NCBI GenBank assembly: GCA_965203325.1
Contig: OZ241875.1
Coordinates: 192,001-256,000, forward strand
DNA from: a bacterium
GTDB taxonomy: Bacteria > UBA8248
Direction of reading: 5' to 3'
DNA length: 64,000 bases
In this document: positions 1 to 9,720 of the stretch, in pieces
Layout of the letters: every line of letters begins with the position of its first letter
Position numbering within the stretch: position 1 is the first letter of the stretch
Made by a program: the position numbers and the translations under genes
The notes under the pieces: generated by a model
The model's database searches: none
What the model was told of the DNA's origin: nothing
What the model saw: only the letters and a program-made list of their open reading frames with translations

Positions 1-401
1 TTGCCCTTGAGGTCGGCGGGTTTCTTCACCTGATCGTTCGCGGCCATCTGCGCCTCGTTGAGATACGCCATGGAGTGGAAGAACTTCATGCCGCTGCCCT
101 TGGTGATGCCCACCATGGCGATCGGCGCCGGCACCCAGGCGGCGTCCAGGCCGCTCTTCTTGCTCGTGATCGCCCGGTGCGTGGCGACGCCGCCGCGGAA
201 GAATTTGATCTCCACGTCGAGGCCGTGTTTCTTGAAGATATCGTTATCGAGCGCGTAGAACACCGGCAGGTGCACCATGACCGGCGGACGCACGGGCATG
301 CCGAGCACGATCTTGTCGGCGGCGACGGACTGCGCCGGCGCGCTCCACACCGCTGCGGCGAGCACGAACGCCGCGACCAATACCATCCACACCTTTTTCA
401 T
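1..401 (-). CDS. ABC transporter substrate-binding protein, NitT/TauT (NMT1/SsuA-like) family; runs off window start
   Basis: Manual translation from ATG 401 (AAGGAG upstream) gives MKKVWMVLVAAFVLAAAVWSAPAQS (signal peptide), then HLPVFYALDNDIFKKHGLDVEIKFFRGG. Follows the permease and ATPase genes. Not in the ORF track. Confidence 0.85.
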   Translation of the reverse strand, partial: MKKVWMVLVAAFVLAAAVWSAPAQSVAADKIVLGMPVRPPVMVHLPVFYALDNDIFKKHGLDVEIKFFRGGVATHRAITSKKSGLDAAWVPAPIAMVGITKGSGMKFFHSMAYLNEAQMAANDQVKKPADLKG

Positions 402-454
402 TTCGAACTCCTTAAGAAGAAAGGAAAATAGATTTTTCGACAGGACGCCCGCAA

Positions 455-1279
455 TCAGGACTCCTGCCGAACCCTCCAGGATGAAAACTTCGTTTCACAG
501 ATGTTCACCACTTTCGTTAAAGCTATACCGACTACCATCAACAAGACAACAGGCGCGAGGCCCTTGTCCAGTTCCAGATCCGCAATGTAGTCCTGGCTCA
601 GCGCGCCGAGGCCCGAGATGCTCATCAGAAACTCCGCGACGACCATCCCCACCAGGGCGCGCCCGCACGCGAGACCCAGCCCCGCGACGAGATAGGGGAC
701 CACGCTCGGGAAAATCAGGTCCCGCCACCTCTGCCCCTCCGTGGAGCAGAACGAGCGCGTCACTTCCAGGAGCGAGAGGTCCACGTTCCGCACGCCGTGG
801 TAGACGTTCACGATGATCGGCATGATGGCGAAGAAGACGACGATGGTCGTCTTGCCGACGAAGTCGACCCCCAAGACCATGGCTATCGGAAACGCCAGCG
901 CGACCACGGGCGTGGCGTAGAGGGCAAACACGTAGGTGTCCACGGCGTACTCGAATATCTGAAAGCGCCCCATGAGAATCCCCAGCACGATGCCGAGGGG
1001 TATTGCTATCAAAAGGCCTGCCACCAGGATTTGAGAACTCTCATACGCGGCGGCTGTCATCTGGCCGCTGGCGATCAGGACCCAGAAGGCGACGCATATG
1101 GCGCTCGGGTAGCTGAAGGTGACCGGATCGATGTTTCCCGTCTGTCCCATCAACTCCCACCCGCCGATGACAACGACGAGCGATATCAAGCGCACGTATA
1201 CGGCGGGTTCCTTGATGCGCTCCCAGAACGCCCTCTCATCCGTCGATATGCCTGTTGCCGCCGGTGCGTCGGTAGCCAA
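455..1279 (-). CDS. ABC transporter permease, NitT/TauT family
   Basis: Multiple TM segments; C-terminal LIFPSVVPYLVAGL...ALVGMVVAEFL...GLG motif typical of SsuC/TauC. Confidence 0.9.
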   Translation of the reverse strand: MATDAPAATGISTDERAFWERIKEPAVYVRLISLVVVIGGWELMGQTGNIDPVTFSYPSAICVAFWVLIASGQMTAAAYESSQILVAGLLIAIPLGIVLGILMGRFQIFEYAVDTYVFALYATPVVALAFPIAMVLGVDFVGKTTIVVFFAIMPIIVNVYHGVRNVDLSLLEVTRSFCSTEGQRWRDLIFPSVVPYLVAGLGLACGRALVGMVVAEFLMSISGLGALSQDYIADLELDKGLAPVVLLMVVGIALTKVVNICETKFSSWRVRQES

Positions 1280-1292
1280 AGATGGATGCCTC

Positions 1293-2102
1293 CTATTCCA
1301 GGGCGAGTTCGGCGACGGGCTCGGGTTCCACCTCGGGGTTGCGCATCGCTTCCCAGAGGTAATGGCGCAGCGCCTGAAAGCGCTTTCCGCCCCTGATTTC
1401 TTCCAAATCCCTGCCGCGGCCGAAGCCGGTTTCGAACTGAAAGCGTATTCTCCCCGGCCTGGGCGTCATCACAAGAACGCGGTCGCCGAGAAGCAGCGCC
1501 TCGTCGATGCTGTGGGTGATGAAGATCATCGCCTTGGGCTCCGCCTCGTTGATGCGCAGCAGTTCTTCCTGCAGGGTTTCGCGCGTCAGCGCATCGAGAG
1601 CGCCGAAGGGCTCATCCATTAACAAAACGTCGGGCTGGGCGGCGAGCGCCCTCGCCAGACCCGCTCTTTGCTGCATCCCGCCCGAAAGCTGCGAGGGGTA
1701 GTTCGCTTCGAACCCGCCGAGGCCCACCAGTTCCGTGTAGTGGCTCACGAGGCGGTCGATCTCGCCCTTCTCCTTGCCCTGTATCCTGAGCGCGTAGCCG
1801 ATGTTCTGATCCAGACGCTTCCAGGGAAAAAGCCCGAAATTCTGGAACACCATGGCCATCTCGGGCCTCGGGCCGTCCACCGCCTCGCCCTTGAAGGAGA
1901 CTTCGCCGCTCTCGCAGAGAATGAGCCCGTTCACGATGCGAAGAAGCGTCGTCTTCCCGCATCCGCTGGGGCCCAGGATCGTCAGAATCTCCTGCGTCTT
2001 CACGTCGATGTCGATGTCATCGAGAACGTGCAGGGAGCCGAACCATTTCCCCACCCCCTGGAGGCGCAGCGTCGGATTCGTGCCGTTGCCGGATGAGGAC
2101 AT
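1293..2102 (-). CDS. ABC transporter ATP-binding protein, NitT/TauT family
   Basis: Walker A GPSGCGKT, LSGGMQQR signature, LLMDEPFGALD, ITHSIDEA. Start probably ATG 2102 rather than 2201. Confidence 0.92.
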   Translation of the reverse strand: MSSSGNGTNPTLRLQGVGKWFGSLHVLDDIDIDVKTQEILTILGPSGCGKTTLLRIVNGLILCESGEVSFKGEAVDGPRPEMAMVFQNFGLFPWKRLDQNIGYALRIQGKEKGEIDRLVSHYTELVGLGGFEANYPSQLSGGMQQRAGLARALAAQPDVLLMDEPFGALDALTRETLQEELLRINEAEPKAMIFITHSIDEALLLGDRVLVMTPRPGRIRFQFETGFGRGRDLEEIRGGKRFQALRHYLWEAMRNPEVEPEPVAELALE

Positions 2103-2299
2103 GGATACGAGGGTTCCTGTCGAGAAAGCGGCTGAATACGCTTCGTTCGGATGGCGTAACGATTCACCGCACGAATGAGGGCCACAAACCATACGTAACA
2201 TGATAAATGCGACGCCCGCTCACCATCCGGAAGCGATTTAATAATTTTGCGAGACTAGCATTCTTTACCCGAGGCGGCAAACATGGGGTTTCCCCTGCC

Positions 2300-2692
2300 C
2301 TACTCCTCACCGATGACGGCGATGGCCTGTATCTCGACCATCATCTCGGGCTTTGCGAAGCCGGCCGCCGTGATCAACGCGCTCCCCGGAAATCCGTCCG
2401 GAAAATACTGCTTTCTGAGTTCGACGAACCTGTCCCCGTTCGCGCCGTCCAGGATGTACACCGTCATCGTCACGATGTCCTGCAGCTTCCCGCCCGTCCG
2501 CTCCAGGGTGCGCTCTATCTGGCGGAACGTGGCGTGCACCTGCGCGTCGAAATCTCCCGCCAGCACGTTTCCCCGCTCGTCGCGCCACGCCCCCACGCCG
2601 GCCAGCCAGACGTGCTCGCCGCCTTTCGTCTTCACCGCAGGCGAAAAGGAGCGGTCCTCCTGCCAGGTGCCCTTGAAATACTCTCGCGTCAT
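2300..2692 (-). CDS. RidA/YjgF (Rid) family protein
   Basis: 130 aa; FSPAVK, GDFDAQVHATF, IVTMTVY, MVEIQAIA. Confidence 0.88.
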   Translation of the reverse strand: MTREYFKGTWQEDRSFSPAVKTKGGEHVWLAGVGAWRDERGNVLAGDFDAQVHATFRQIERTLERTGGKLQDIVTMTVYILDGANGDRFVELRKQYFPDGFPGSALITAAGFAKPEMMVEIQAIAVIGEE

Positions 2693-3918
2693 TTTGTCTC
2701 CTTCCCCGGGTTATCGGATATCTGCTTTTTGCCTCTTAATTGCGCTGACGTCGAAACGGCCAGCCAGCTCATGATCGCAAAACAGAAATAGCTCGCATCC
2801 AGATTCACCTGTCCGGCGAGCCAGCCGCCCAGCAAGGGGGCGAGAAAACTCAAGCCGTGGCAGGTATAGATAAAGCCGACGGATGAAGCCAGAATATCTT
2901 TTTCCGAGAAATCCGCCGCCGCGGTGAGGATAATCGGGCTCACGAACCCGACGACGCCGGTCAATGCGGATAGAATATAAAAACCCGTTTGCCACCCCAT
3001 GAACGGCAGGGCGAGAACGAATGCGCCCAGCAGCGTCATGGGCCAGAACAGGGCGCTCCGCGCGCCCCAGCGATCGTAGAGAATTCCCATCAGCGGTTTG
3101 GCCAACATGCCGAAACCGAAATGGAGCGACACGGCCACCCCGATTTGCGCCGTGGTCATCCCCAGCTTCGAGGTCGCCAGCAGGGGGAGAAAACCAATCA
3201 TCCCCTTGGTGCACATGCTGCGCAAGGTGTAGGTCGCCGCCAGCCATACCGTGTTCCTGTTCTCCACGACTCGCTTGACGATGGAGAAAACTTTCAATTC
3301 CGCCGCTTTCCCCGCCTCACGTTCGGTCTCGCTCTTTCCTTCGGCAAACCGCGCGTTCACCAGGGGGAGGAGCGCAATGGCCGGCGCCGCGCAGGCGCCG
3401 ACCGCCGCGCGCCAGCCCGCCATCGCCGCCACGGCCGCCTGAGCGAGCGGAAGGATGCTGGTTCCCAGGTTGCCGCCCAGGCTGTGCCAGGAAATGGCGA
3501 ACGCGCGGTCGCGCTCGAAGCGATTCGCCGCCAGGGCCGTTCCGCACGGGTGGTAGACGGAATTTCCCGCGCCCGCCAGAAACGCCAGGGCGCACATCGG
3601 CCAGAAGCGGCTCACCCACATCATCGCAATGAAAGACGCAGCGGAGAGACCCATGCCCATCACCAGGATTCGTTTTCTGGCGCCCGTATTATCCGCCAGT
3701 ATGGAGAGCGGGTATTGGAAGATCATCTGTCCCAGACTGAAAGTGCTGAGCAAAACCCCCACTTCGAAGGGTGAGAGGTCGAGATCCATGACGATGAGCG
3801 CGAGAACGGGAACCAGCATGTTGGAGAATCCGTCGCTCAACCCGTGGGTCAAGCCGATGACGCTCAGATCGAAATAATCGCTGAATCTCCAGGCAGGCTT
3901 TTGCGCATGAGTGGTCAT
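2689..3918 (-). CDS. MFS transporter
   Basis: About 12 TM segments; LADNTG and LYDRWG motif-A-like repeats; GNSVYHP. Start ATG 3918 overlaps the upstream stop (TAATG). Confidence 0.88.
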   Translation of the reverse strand: MTTHAQKPAWRFSDYFDLSVIGLTHGLSDGFSNMLVPVLALIVMDLDLSPFEVGVLLSTFSLGQMIFQYPLSILADNTGARKRILVMGMGLSAASFIAMMWVSRFWPMCALAFLAGAGNSVYHPCGTALAANRFERDRAFAISWHSLGGNLGTSILPLAQAAVAAMAGWRAAVGACAAPAIALLPLVNARFAEGKSETEREAGKAAELKVFSIVKRVVENRNTVWLAATYTLRSMCTKGMIGFLPLLATSKLGMTTAQIGVAVSLHFGFGMLAKPLMGILYDRWGARSALFWPMTLLGAFVLALPFMGWQTGFYILSALTGVVGFVSPIILTAAADFSEKDILASSVGFIYTCHGLSFLAPLLGGWLAGQVNLDASYFCFAIMSWLAVSTSAQLRGKKQISDNPGKETK

Positions 3919-4910
3919 TACGAAGCGGGCAGGTCGCGCCAGGCGGGAATGATTCCTCCGCCGTCTGCTTCCACCACCGCGCGGCAAATCGCGTGGCCGA
4001 CGGCCTCTATAGCTGCCGCCCCCACGACGTCGAGCGCCGCCTCCCGATCCCCGCAAGAGAGGGCGAAGACCATGTCTCCATCCACAGTGGTGTAGGAGGG
4101 GCGCACCGTTCGGATGAGTCCGTTCGCCGCCAACTGGGCGAGTTTGTGCGTTTCGGTTTTCGTGAGGCGGGCATTCGTCGCCACGGCGACCAGCGTCGTG
4201 TTCTCGGAAGTGTTGGAGAATCCCTCGAAGGGCCTTCCTTGCACTCTCAGGTGCTCTTCGGTATCCACGATTCCCCGCTCGGGAGGCATCGCCCTGGGGC
4301 CTGCGACGGGTTTCCCCGTCCCCGGCTCATACACGCCGCCAAAGGCGTTCACCGCGGCGATTGCGCCGACGACGCCGCCCCCCGGCAGTTTCATACTCGC
4401 CGTGCCGAGGCCGCCCTTCATGGCGCGCTCCTGGCCGAAGAGTTTCCCGATTGTAGCGCCCGCGCCCGCTCCCACGCTCCCCTGGGGACCTTCCTCGTTC
4501 GAGGCCGCTTCGCAGGCGGCGCGCCCCATCGCGGCGTCGGGGCGAACCCTGCCGTCGCCGAAATGGAGATCGAACAGCACGCCGGCGGCTACCGTGGGCA
4601 CGTTGAAGCGGCCGGTGGGAAACCCCCTGCCCTGCTCCTCCAGGAAGGCCATGACGCCGTCGGCAGAAGCCAGGCCGAACGCGCTGCCTCCCGTCAGGAC
4701 GATGGCGTCCACGCCTCCGACCAGGTGCTCGGCGCGCAGCGCATCCATGCCGCGCGTGGCCGTCGCCGTGCCGCGCAATTCGCACGCCCCGACCGTTCCG
4801 GGGGGGCAAAGCACCACGGAGACGCCCGTTCTCGCCGCTTCATCTTGCGCGTGGCCGAGATAAAATCCCGGAACGTCGGTTATGCAGCCTTTGAGGTCAG
4901 AGAGATTCAG
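3918..4910 (-). CDS. Peptidase S58 / DmpA-like (P1 family) protein; probable CTG start
   Basis: LTGGSAFGL, GSVGAGAGA, KGGLG, NTTL, DGDMVF motifs. The conserved N-terminus (ITDVPGFYLGHAQD) lies in frame upstream of the track's GTG 4817. Confidence 0.85.
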   Translation of the reverse strand: MNLSDLKGCITDVPGFYLGHAQDEAARTGVSVVLCPPGTVGACELRGTATATRGMDALRAEHLVGGVDAIVLTGGSAFGLASADGVMAFLEEQGRGFPTGRFNVPTVAAGVLFDLHFGDGRVRPDAAMGRAACEAASNEEGPQGSVGAGAGATIGKLFGQERAMKGGLGTASMKLPGGGVVGAIAAVNAFGGVYEPGTGKPVAGPRAMPPERGIVDTEEHLRVQGRPFEGFSNTSENTTLVAVATNARLTKTETHKLAQLAANGLIRTVRPSYTTVDGDMVFALSCGDREAALDVVGAAAIEAVGHAICRAVVEADGGGIIPAWRDLPAS

Positions 4911-4951
4911 AGGGGAGACTCCTCGTTTCTTCGGGCATCCATCTACCCGCT

Positions 4952-5608
4952 CTAGTCCGCGACGGGCAGTTCGCCGGACGGGCGGCCGGGCAATTCGCCG
5001 GTCTCCAGGATGCTGTCGATGACGTATCGGTATTGTTCCGCAGGCACCGCACCGACCATGACCGCGCGCTCGTTCACGACGACGGAGGGGATGCCCGTTA
5101 TCCCCAAATTCGTGGCCTCCATGTATTCCTTGACGGCCTTTTCCTTCAAACCCCCGCTATCGAGAGCGTCGCGGTATCTGTCCATGTCCAGCCCGCTTTC
5201 CTCGGCCACGTCGCTCACCACATCGGGGTCCGAGATGTTGCGGTTATCCGTGAAGAAGGCGGCCAGAAGGTTGTCGTGGAATTTCTCCCACTCCTCGGGC
5301 CCCTGGAATCTCGCCGCCAGCCCCGCTTCCGCAGACGGCATCGAGCAGTTCGGAAACGCCTCCTCGCTCTCCCACGGGGTGAAATCGCCGGAATCGGTCT
5401 GTGAGTTCGCGTTATTCCAGTGGTTTCTGCGGTAATCGTTGAACACCGCCGTGGGGTCGGGCTCGGGCCTCAGCATGAAAACCCTGTACTGGATGTCTAC
5501 TTTATCGCCGTATTCTTCCTTAATCTTCTTCAGGCGCACGGCCGAGTTGAAGCACCAGGGTCACAAAAAATCGCTGTAAACGGTGAATCGCACAGGGGCG
5601 TTATCCAT
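4952..5608 (-). CDS. DsbA/FrnE-like thioredoxin-fold oxidoreductase, probable selenoprotein (Sec16, UPWC)
   Basis: ATG 5608 with AGGAGA upstream; MDNAPVRFTVYSDFL-TGA(5563-5561)-PWCFNSAVRLKK continues into the 195-aa track ORF; cis-Pro loop GITGIPS. Confidence 0.85.
5528..5552 (-). promoter_or_regulatory. Candidate bacterial SECIS hairpin
   Basis: Starts 9 nt 3' of the UGA: CUUCA-acuc-GGC-CGUGC-GCC-UGAAG (5-bp plus 3-bp stem, 4-nt bulge, G-containing loop). Confidence 0.45.
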
Positions 5609-5664
5609 TCTCTCTCTCCTTTGGCTCCGGGAGGATGCGACGGAGCCGGTTGATGAACGGCAGT

Positions 5665-6552
5665 CTATAGTCTCATGTGCCGCATATGCACTTTCACTTT
5701 CTCGCCGACCCCCGCTTCCAGGAACTGCGCGGCGTTTCCTTCGGGCACGAAGATCTCGAGCCGCGTCCAGCTGTTGAACTGCGCCCCGAGTTCGCCCGCC
5801 TTCACCGCCTGGTAGTATTCGCTCACTCCATTGATCGCGTGGCCGCCGATTTCGATGACCGGCAAATGCGCGGCGTCGTCCTCTCCATACTCGAAACGCC
5901 AGAAAGTCGTGGTGTCGATGTTCGTCACCAGGTTCCCGTAATGATCGACGTATATCACCTCGCCGGTGATGGTGTCGGCGTCCTCGAATTCCACCAAGGG
6001 AAAATCGAAGCGAATCGGGTCGGTGATGACGGAGCCGAAATCCTCGGGCGGAACCCCGCAGGAGAGATGTCCCGCAACGGGTGCGAAGATGTCCCTGCCG
6101 TGGAAGGTGGAACTCACCTCGTTCAGGAAAAATGCGTCTTCTTCGAGTTCTCTCGTCCACATGTAGAGCGGGTCGTCATACACGCAGGAGAACAGGCCGT
6201 TGTCCGGCCCCACGAAATAGTAGTTTTCCGTGGCGGCCATGACTCCCCTCCGGCTGCTGCCCACGCCCGGGTCCACGACCGCCACGTGAATCGTCCCGCG
6301 CGGAAAATAATGCGCCGAGGAATCCAGGATCAACGACGCGGCCTTCACGTCGTACGGCTTGACGGAATGCGAGATGTCGACGATGCGGGCCACCGGGTTT
6401 ACCGCCATCACGACGCCCTTCATCACGCCGACGTAGTGCTCATCGCTGCCGAAATCCGTGAGGAGCGTAACGATCGGCTGCGCGTCGCTTTCCTCTTCGA
6501 AATCGGGCGCGCCCTCGCGAAAAGGATTCGGGCGCGATTGATCGTCCGTCAT
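5665..6552 (-). CDS. SAM hydrolase / SAM-dependent halogenase family (DUF62), hydrolase-type
   Basis: LLTDFG, VVDPGVGS, GPDNG, STFHGRDIFAP, DHYGNL. Start ATG 6552 overlaps the mtaB stop. Confidence 0.88.
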   Translation of the reverse strand: MTDDQSRPNPFREGAPDFEEESDAQPIVTLLTDFGSDEHYVGVMKGVVMAVNPVARIVDISHSVKPYDVKAASLILDSSAHYFPRGTIHVAVVDPGVGSSRRGVMAATENYYFVGPDNGLFSCVYDDPLYMWTRELEEDAFFLNEVSSTFHGRDIFAPVAGHLSCGVPPEDFGSVITDPIRFDFPLVEFEDADTITGEVIYVDHYGNLVTNIDTTTFWRFEYGEDDAAHLPVIEIGGHAINGVSEYYQAVKAGELGAQFNSWTRLEIFVPEGNAAQFLEAGVGEKVKVHMRHMRL

Positions 6553-7961
6553 GACGCAAACTCTCCCCATAAGGCATCCGACCTTGCGGCGATGCGGGAA
6601 AATCCGTTCTTCTCGGGCAAGGGCGCGAGCCGCATCCGAACCGTCCGGCCTATCCACTCATCGGGGCCGGAGGCCGACACGCGGATGTAATTGTCCGACA
6701 AGCCGGTGAGAAGACCGTCTTCTGAGCGGCGGCTCTCGAACAGCACTTCCGTTTCCCGCCCCGTTTGCGAGGAGACGAACGCCGCCCATTTCCTGCGCCC
6801 CAACTCCTGCAACGCGCGCGCGCGGGCTTTCTGCTCGCCCTTCGGGACCTCTCCCGGCATCTCGATGGCCGCCGTCCCCTCGCGCGGTGAATACGGAAAA
6901 ACGTGCAGATAGGCCAGCGGCGATTCCCGCACCCATTCCATGGTCCGCTCGAACGCCTCTTTACTCTCGCCGGGGAAACCAACGATAAAGTCTCCGCCGA
7001 GGCAGGCCCCGTCAATTTTCTTCGCGATCTCGTCGAACCGGCTCGCGCAGCGCGCGGCGGTGTAGTTGCGTTTCATCGCTCCCAGGGTTTCATCATCTCC
7101 GCTCTGGACGGGTATGTGGAAATGGCGGCAGACATAACTTCCCCCGTTCGAGCGACCAGACCCATATGCCTCGCCCGCCACGACGCGGATGAGTTCGCGC
7201 GTAAATTCCCCCGGTTCCACGGAGGAGAGCCTGAGGCGGAAAGTTCTTTCCATCCCGAGCAACCGGCTCACCAGACGGCTCAGGGTGCTGCGCGGCTTGA
7301 TATCCCTGCCGTACGCGCCGAGGTGAATCCCCGTGAGCACCAGTTCCTCGTGACCGCCCGAAAGCAGCGTGTCGGCGTGCTCCACGCATGAATCCACTTC
7401 AAGAGAGCGGCTCGCTCCGCGCGCGATGGTCGTCGCACAGAAAGAACAAGAGAAGTTGCACCCGTCCTGCACCTTGAGGTAGGCCCGCGTCCGGCTGCCG
7501 AACTGGGGCAGGACGACGCTCTCGATATCAAGACTTTCCTCGATGGGAGAAACCCGCATCTCGGGCTTTTCATCTCTCTCATGGGGCTTCGCCAATTCCT
7601 CGGGAAGATGCAGCTTCTCCGTGTTGCCAAGCAGGAGATCGACTTCCGGGATCAGCATTTTCTCCGCGTTCGCCTGGGCGGAGCATCCCGCGATGACGAC
7701 CCGGGCGTCCGGGCCGCCCATCCGCCGTGCCCGCCGAGCCAGCCGTCTGCCCTCCCGGTCGGCTTCCGCCGTGACCGTGCAACTGTTGACGACGTAGACG
7801 TCCGCCTCCCCGCTGAAAGGAACGAGCTCATATCCGGCTCCGGCGCACAGGTGCTTCATCGCTTCGCCCTCGGCGTGATTGAGCTTGCACCCCAGGTTCG
7901 CCAGGGCGAGACGCAGGGGTCTCGCGCTTGCGCTCGTATCGGCTTTGTTCGACTCGTTCAT
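6549..7961 (-). CDS. mtaB: tRNA t6A37 methylthiotransferase
   Basis: LGCKLN, VVNSCTVT, GCSAQ (UPF0004 domain); radical SAM motif in KVQDGCNFSCSFC; HVFPYSPREGT; GLSDNY. Confidence 0.9.
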   Translation of the reverse strand: MNESNKADTSASARPLRLALANLGCKLNHAEGEAMKHLCAGAGYELVPFSGEADVYVVNSCTVTAEADREGRRLARRARRMGGPDARVVIAGCSAQANAEKMLIPEVDLLLGNTEKLHLPEELAKPHERDEKPEMRVSPIEESLDIESVVLPQFGSRTRAYLKVQDGCNFSCSFCATTIARGASRSLEVDSCVEHADTLLSGGHEELVLTGIHLGAYGRDIKPRSTLSRLVSRLLGMERTFRLRLSSVEPGEFTRELIRVVAGEAYGSGRSNGGSYVCRHFHIPVQSGDDETLGAMKRNYTAARCASRFDEIAKKIDGACLGGDFIVGFPGESKEAFERTMEWVRESPLAYLHVFPYSPREGTAAIEMPGEVPKGEQKARARALQELGRRKWAAFVSSQTGRETEVLFESRRSEDGLLTGLSDNYIRVSASGPDEWIGRTVRMRLAPLPEKNGFSRIAARSDALWGEFAS

Positions 7962-8258
7962 GCGGGCTACCTTCAAGTGTTCAAAAATGCTACTTTTACA
8001 GCGAATCTTACGCTTTGCGCAATTTCACCCGCAAGGGCCGTTTCGCTTGACGGGAAAGCGGGGCAGTTGGTAGGGTAGGCTCGCCCGTACGAGAGTGAAA
8101 GTTGTTTGCCGGGCCGGTTCGCCGGAGACGCCGGACGGCCAATTCGCCCAAAGCGTTTTCCTTGGTCCCTTCCGTCGGGTATGATTCGGCTTCGTTTCAG
8201 TTTTCATTGCAGGCGTGGATTGATTCTATTTCAGACGATTTGAGGAGAGTTTCCGTTT

Positions 8259-9125
8259 ATGCGTGGTTTTGACTTCGTGGCGCCGACGACCATATCGGCC
8301 ACACTAAAAGCGGCAAAAGGCAGAAATACAAAGTTCATCGCCGGAGGAACCAATTTCCTGCCCGATCTCAGGCACCAGCACGACGGCCCCGCGAAAGTCG
8401 TCATCGACCTGATGAGAGTCTCCGCGCTACAGGGGATTTCCTCATCGAAGGGCCAGATCAAGCTGGGCGCCCTCGCAACGATGACGGATTTTTTGACGAA
8501 TAAAATCATTCTCAAGGAAGCGCCGATTCTGGCGGCGATGTCGGAGAAATTCGCAGGCCCGATCATCCGCAACCGCGCCACGGTGGCAGGCAACATCATC
8601 GACGGCGGCCCGGCGGCGGACGCCGTTCCTCCCCTGCTCGCCCTGAAGGCGAAGGTGAGGCTCGCCAGCGAAAAAGGCAGAAGGACGGTCGATCTGGATA
8701 AATTCCTCACCGGATACCGGCAAACAGCCATCCGGTCCGATGAGCTGATCACCGCCGTGACCTTCCCCTCCCCCGGCAGGAACCACAAATGGGGGTATTA
8801 CAAACTCGCCCGCAGAAACGCCATGGCCATCACGGTAGTGGGCGTAGCGGTCGTGCTGAAGGTGAGGCGCAAGAAGGTGGAGGAGGCCGGCATTTCGCTG
8901 GGCTCCGTGACGGCGGCCCCGATCCGTTGCTATGAGGCCGAGAAAATTCTCGAAGGCAACGTGGTGGACCTCGAACTGGCCCAAAAGGCGGCGGAAGCCT
9001 GCGCCGCCGTGGCGACGCCCATTGACGACATTCGCGCATCGGCTGAATACCGCAAGCTGATGTGCGAAGTACTGCCGCGTCGCCTCATCTGCCAGGCGCT
9101 GGATATTTCACAGGACAACGATTAA
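8259..9125 (+). CDS. Molybdenum hydroxylase FAD-binding subunit (CoxM/CutM-like)
   Basis: IAGGTN, IRNRATVAGN, PIDDIRASAEYR. Confidence 0.9.
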   Translation: MRGFDFVAPTTISATLKAAKGRNTKFIAGGTNFLPDLRHQHDGPAKVVIDLMRVSALQGISSSKGQIKLGALATMTDFLTNKIILKEAPILAAMSEKFAGPIIRNRATVAGNIIDGGPAADAVPPLLALKAKVRLASEKGRRTVDLDKFLTGYRQTAIRSDELITAVTFPSPGRNHKWGYYKLARRNAMAITVVGVAVVLKVRRKKVEEAGISLGSVTAAPIRCYEAEKILEGNVVDLELAQKAAEACAAVATPIDDIRASAEYRKLMCEVLPRRLICQALDISQDND

Positions 9126-9169
9126 AGACTTCATCGTCTCTTGCGTATTTCATTGGAGAATCCTTGAAG

Positions 9170-9718
9170 ATGGCTACAGCGAGCAAATCGAAACGAACCG
9201 GAAAATCGAGCGCACCCGCATACGTGCCTCCCAAGAAGCTGCCCATTTCCTTCACCGTGAACGGCCAGGAAGTCAACGCCGAAGCGCCCGCGCACACCAG
9301 TTTGCTGTATCTGCTGCGCGACCTGGGCTTCACCGAGGTGAAAAACGGCTGCGAAGCGGGCGATTGCGGCGCGTGCACGATTCTTCTGGATGGTCTGGCG
9401 ATGAACGCATGCTGCGCGCTCGGCGTCCAGGCGGAAGGACGTGAGATCACCACCGTCAAAGGCATCGGGACGGTGGACAACCTCCATCCGATACAGGTGA
9501 AATTCATCGAGCACGGCGCCATTCAGTGCGGCTTCTGCACGCCCGGAATGATAGTCGCCGCCAAGGAATTGCTCGACGACAACCCGAACCCCAGCCGACA
9601 TGAAATCAAGGCCGGCATCGCGGGCAACCTTTGCCGCTGCACCGGCTACGTGAAGATCATCGACGCTATCGAGGCCGCGGCTGAAGAACTTTCCTCGAAG
9701 AAAGGAAAAAGGAAATAA
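9170..9718 (+). CDS. Molybdenum hydroxylase [2Fe-2S] subunit (CoxS/CutS-like)
   Basis: GCEAGDCGAC, QCGFCTPG, GNLCRCTGY; GGAG before ATG 9170. Confidence 0.92.
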   Translation: MATASKSKRTGKSSAPAYVPPKKLPISFTVNGQEVNAEAPAHTSLLYLLRDLGFTEVKNGCEAGDCGACTILLDGLAMNACCALGVQAEGREITTVKGIGTVDNLHPIQVKFIEHGAIQCGFCTPGMIVAAKELLDDNPNPSRHEIKAGIAGNLCRCTGYVKIIDAIEAAAEELSSKKGKRK

Positions 9719-9720
9719 AC

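Noticed and set aside
5665..6552. Fluorinase/chlorinase (halogenase) call
   Set aside because: It has the TFHGRD His and DPGVG..R pattern of DUF62 SAM hydrolases rather than halogenase-type residues, and it sits in a housekeeping context with mtaB.
8040..8250. Moco riboswitch or other structured RNA upstream of the Mo-hydroxylase operon
   Set aside because: Some GC pairing is possible, but I could not match a known consensus by eye. An Infernal/Rfam search would be needed.
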